The position numbers were made by a program, and so were the translations under genes. Under the pieces are notes generated by a model. The model saw only the letters and a list, made by a program, of their open reading frames with translations, was not told the DNA's origin and searched no databases. From positions 1-35,153 of the IMG/VR virus record IMGVR_UViG_3300005764_000010: 35,153 nt of DNA; one strand, given 5' to 3'. This stretch comes from a virus. Taxonomy: Duplodnaviria > Caudoviricetes. Every line of letters starts with the position of its first letter. Position 1 is the stretch's first letter. Below, one piece after another: positions 34,359-35,153 of the stretch.

Positions 34359-34609
34359 CGCCGCCCTCCGCGCGCGCGCTTTGCCGCCAGCTCGCAGAGG
34401 TACGCGAGCGTCTCATCGCCGGCGCCGCGCGCCAGCTTGACCAATTCGCGCGTCATGAAGATCAGCGTGGGATCCGCGATATAGCCGGCCGGCGCCGGCT
34501 CGAAATCGTCCATCGGTTCTTCGGTCACCAGTGCCGGCCGTCCACCGATGAGCACCTCAAGCGGCGCCTCGGGCGCCGCCTGTTCGATTTGTTCGTTCGT
34601 TTTTGCCAT
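34355..34609 (-). CDS. Hypothetical protein, 84 aa
   Basis: RBS GAGGA; coupled to neighbours. Confidence 0.7.
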   Translation of the reverse strand: MAKTNEQIEQAAPEAPLEVLIGGRPALVTEEPMDDFEPAPAGYIADPTLIFMTRELVKLARGAGDETLAYLCELAAKRARGGRR

Positions 34610-34610
34610 G

Positions 34611-35113
34611 TTATTTCCTCGCGAGTTGAATGAATGCAGTTACGAGCAGGTTGCGCACCTCATCCGGTTTAATCTTGCCGCCATGTTTTTCGAGCCCGTA
34701 CGCCATCGCCGCGGCGTACACATCGGTCAAAATCTGCGTTTGCGTGAGCAAGGTTTGCGCCCACTGTGCCGGCGCGGTTACGGCGTCCACCGCGCGCTTG
34801 CGCGCCTCGGCGAGCGCCGCGGCCGGATCGTGCCCTTCGGCCCGCGCGCGCTCGGCGATTGCCGCCGATTCCCGCAAATCGCGCTCGATCGCGGGCGCCT
34901 CGGCCATGGCGCGCGCCTTTTCGGTTGCCGGCGAAAGGCTGATCGTCCACGTCGCCTTGTTGTTGCCGGCGCGCTGCTTCACGATCCTAAAACTTTCGCC
35001 GGGTTTCAGATTGAGTTGATCGATTTCGCCCGCCACGGCCGGATCTAAGAACATCCGCCGGCCGTCTGTGAGCGAATACATAATGCGATCGCCGTTCATG
35101 CCGGCCACGCGCC
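34611..35113 (-). CDS. 3' part of origin-spanning protein (possible OB-fold ssDNA-binding protein)
   Basis: RIMYSLTDGRRMFLDP beta-rich N domain; joins 91..1; function is inference. Confidence 0.75.
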
Positions 35114-35153
35114 GTCCCTCGGGGAAGCGCGTGGCGAGTTCGAGCGGTTGATT
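35114..35153. repeat. Terminal direct repeat copy
   Basis: Identical to 1-40. Confidence 0.97.

Noticed and set aside
1-35153. CRISPR array, tRNA, integrase, transposase
   Set aside because: No regularly spaced repeats, cloverleaf or recombinase catalytic motifs recognised by eye

Overview
A complete, circularly permuted ~35.1-kb GC-rich siphovirus genome: nt 1-40 equal nt 35114-35153, and one ORF reads in frame across the join. Almost all genes are on the minus strand. Order: early genes, tandem Xis/MerR-like wHTH gene, wHTH replication initiator, terminase large subunit, HK97-type portal, Mu-F-like head protein, prohead protease, major capsid, head-tail joining genes, tail tube, frameshifted tail chaperone, tape measure, tail tip and tail fiber. 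Small accessory genes are interleaved throughout the structural operon. I found no integrase, CI-type repressor, ParA/ParB, endolysin or adjacent terminase small subunit. Several proteins resemble Acidobacteriota (Bryobacteraceae-like) proteins as I remember them; the host is unverified. Best leads: (1) a variant-core type I hammerhead ribozyme with a pseudoknot before a secreted-protein gene; (2) a possible integrase-free plasmid-like maintenance module made of an antisense RNA over the rep leader and a tandem-wHTH gene overlaid with 20 CGAAA sites; (3) a divergent promoter/operator switch driving GGKARA-repeat proteins in place of CI; (4) structured RNA candidates, one with kissing loops, flanking an orphan ORF where terS normally lies.
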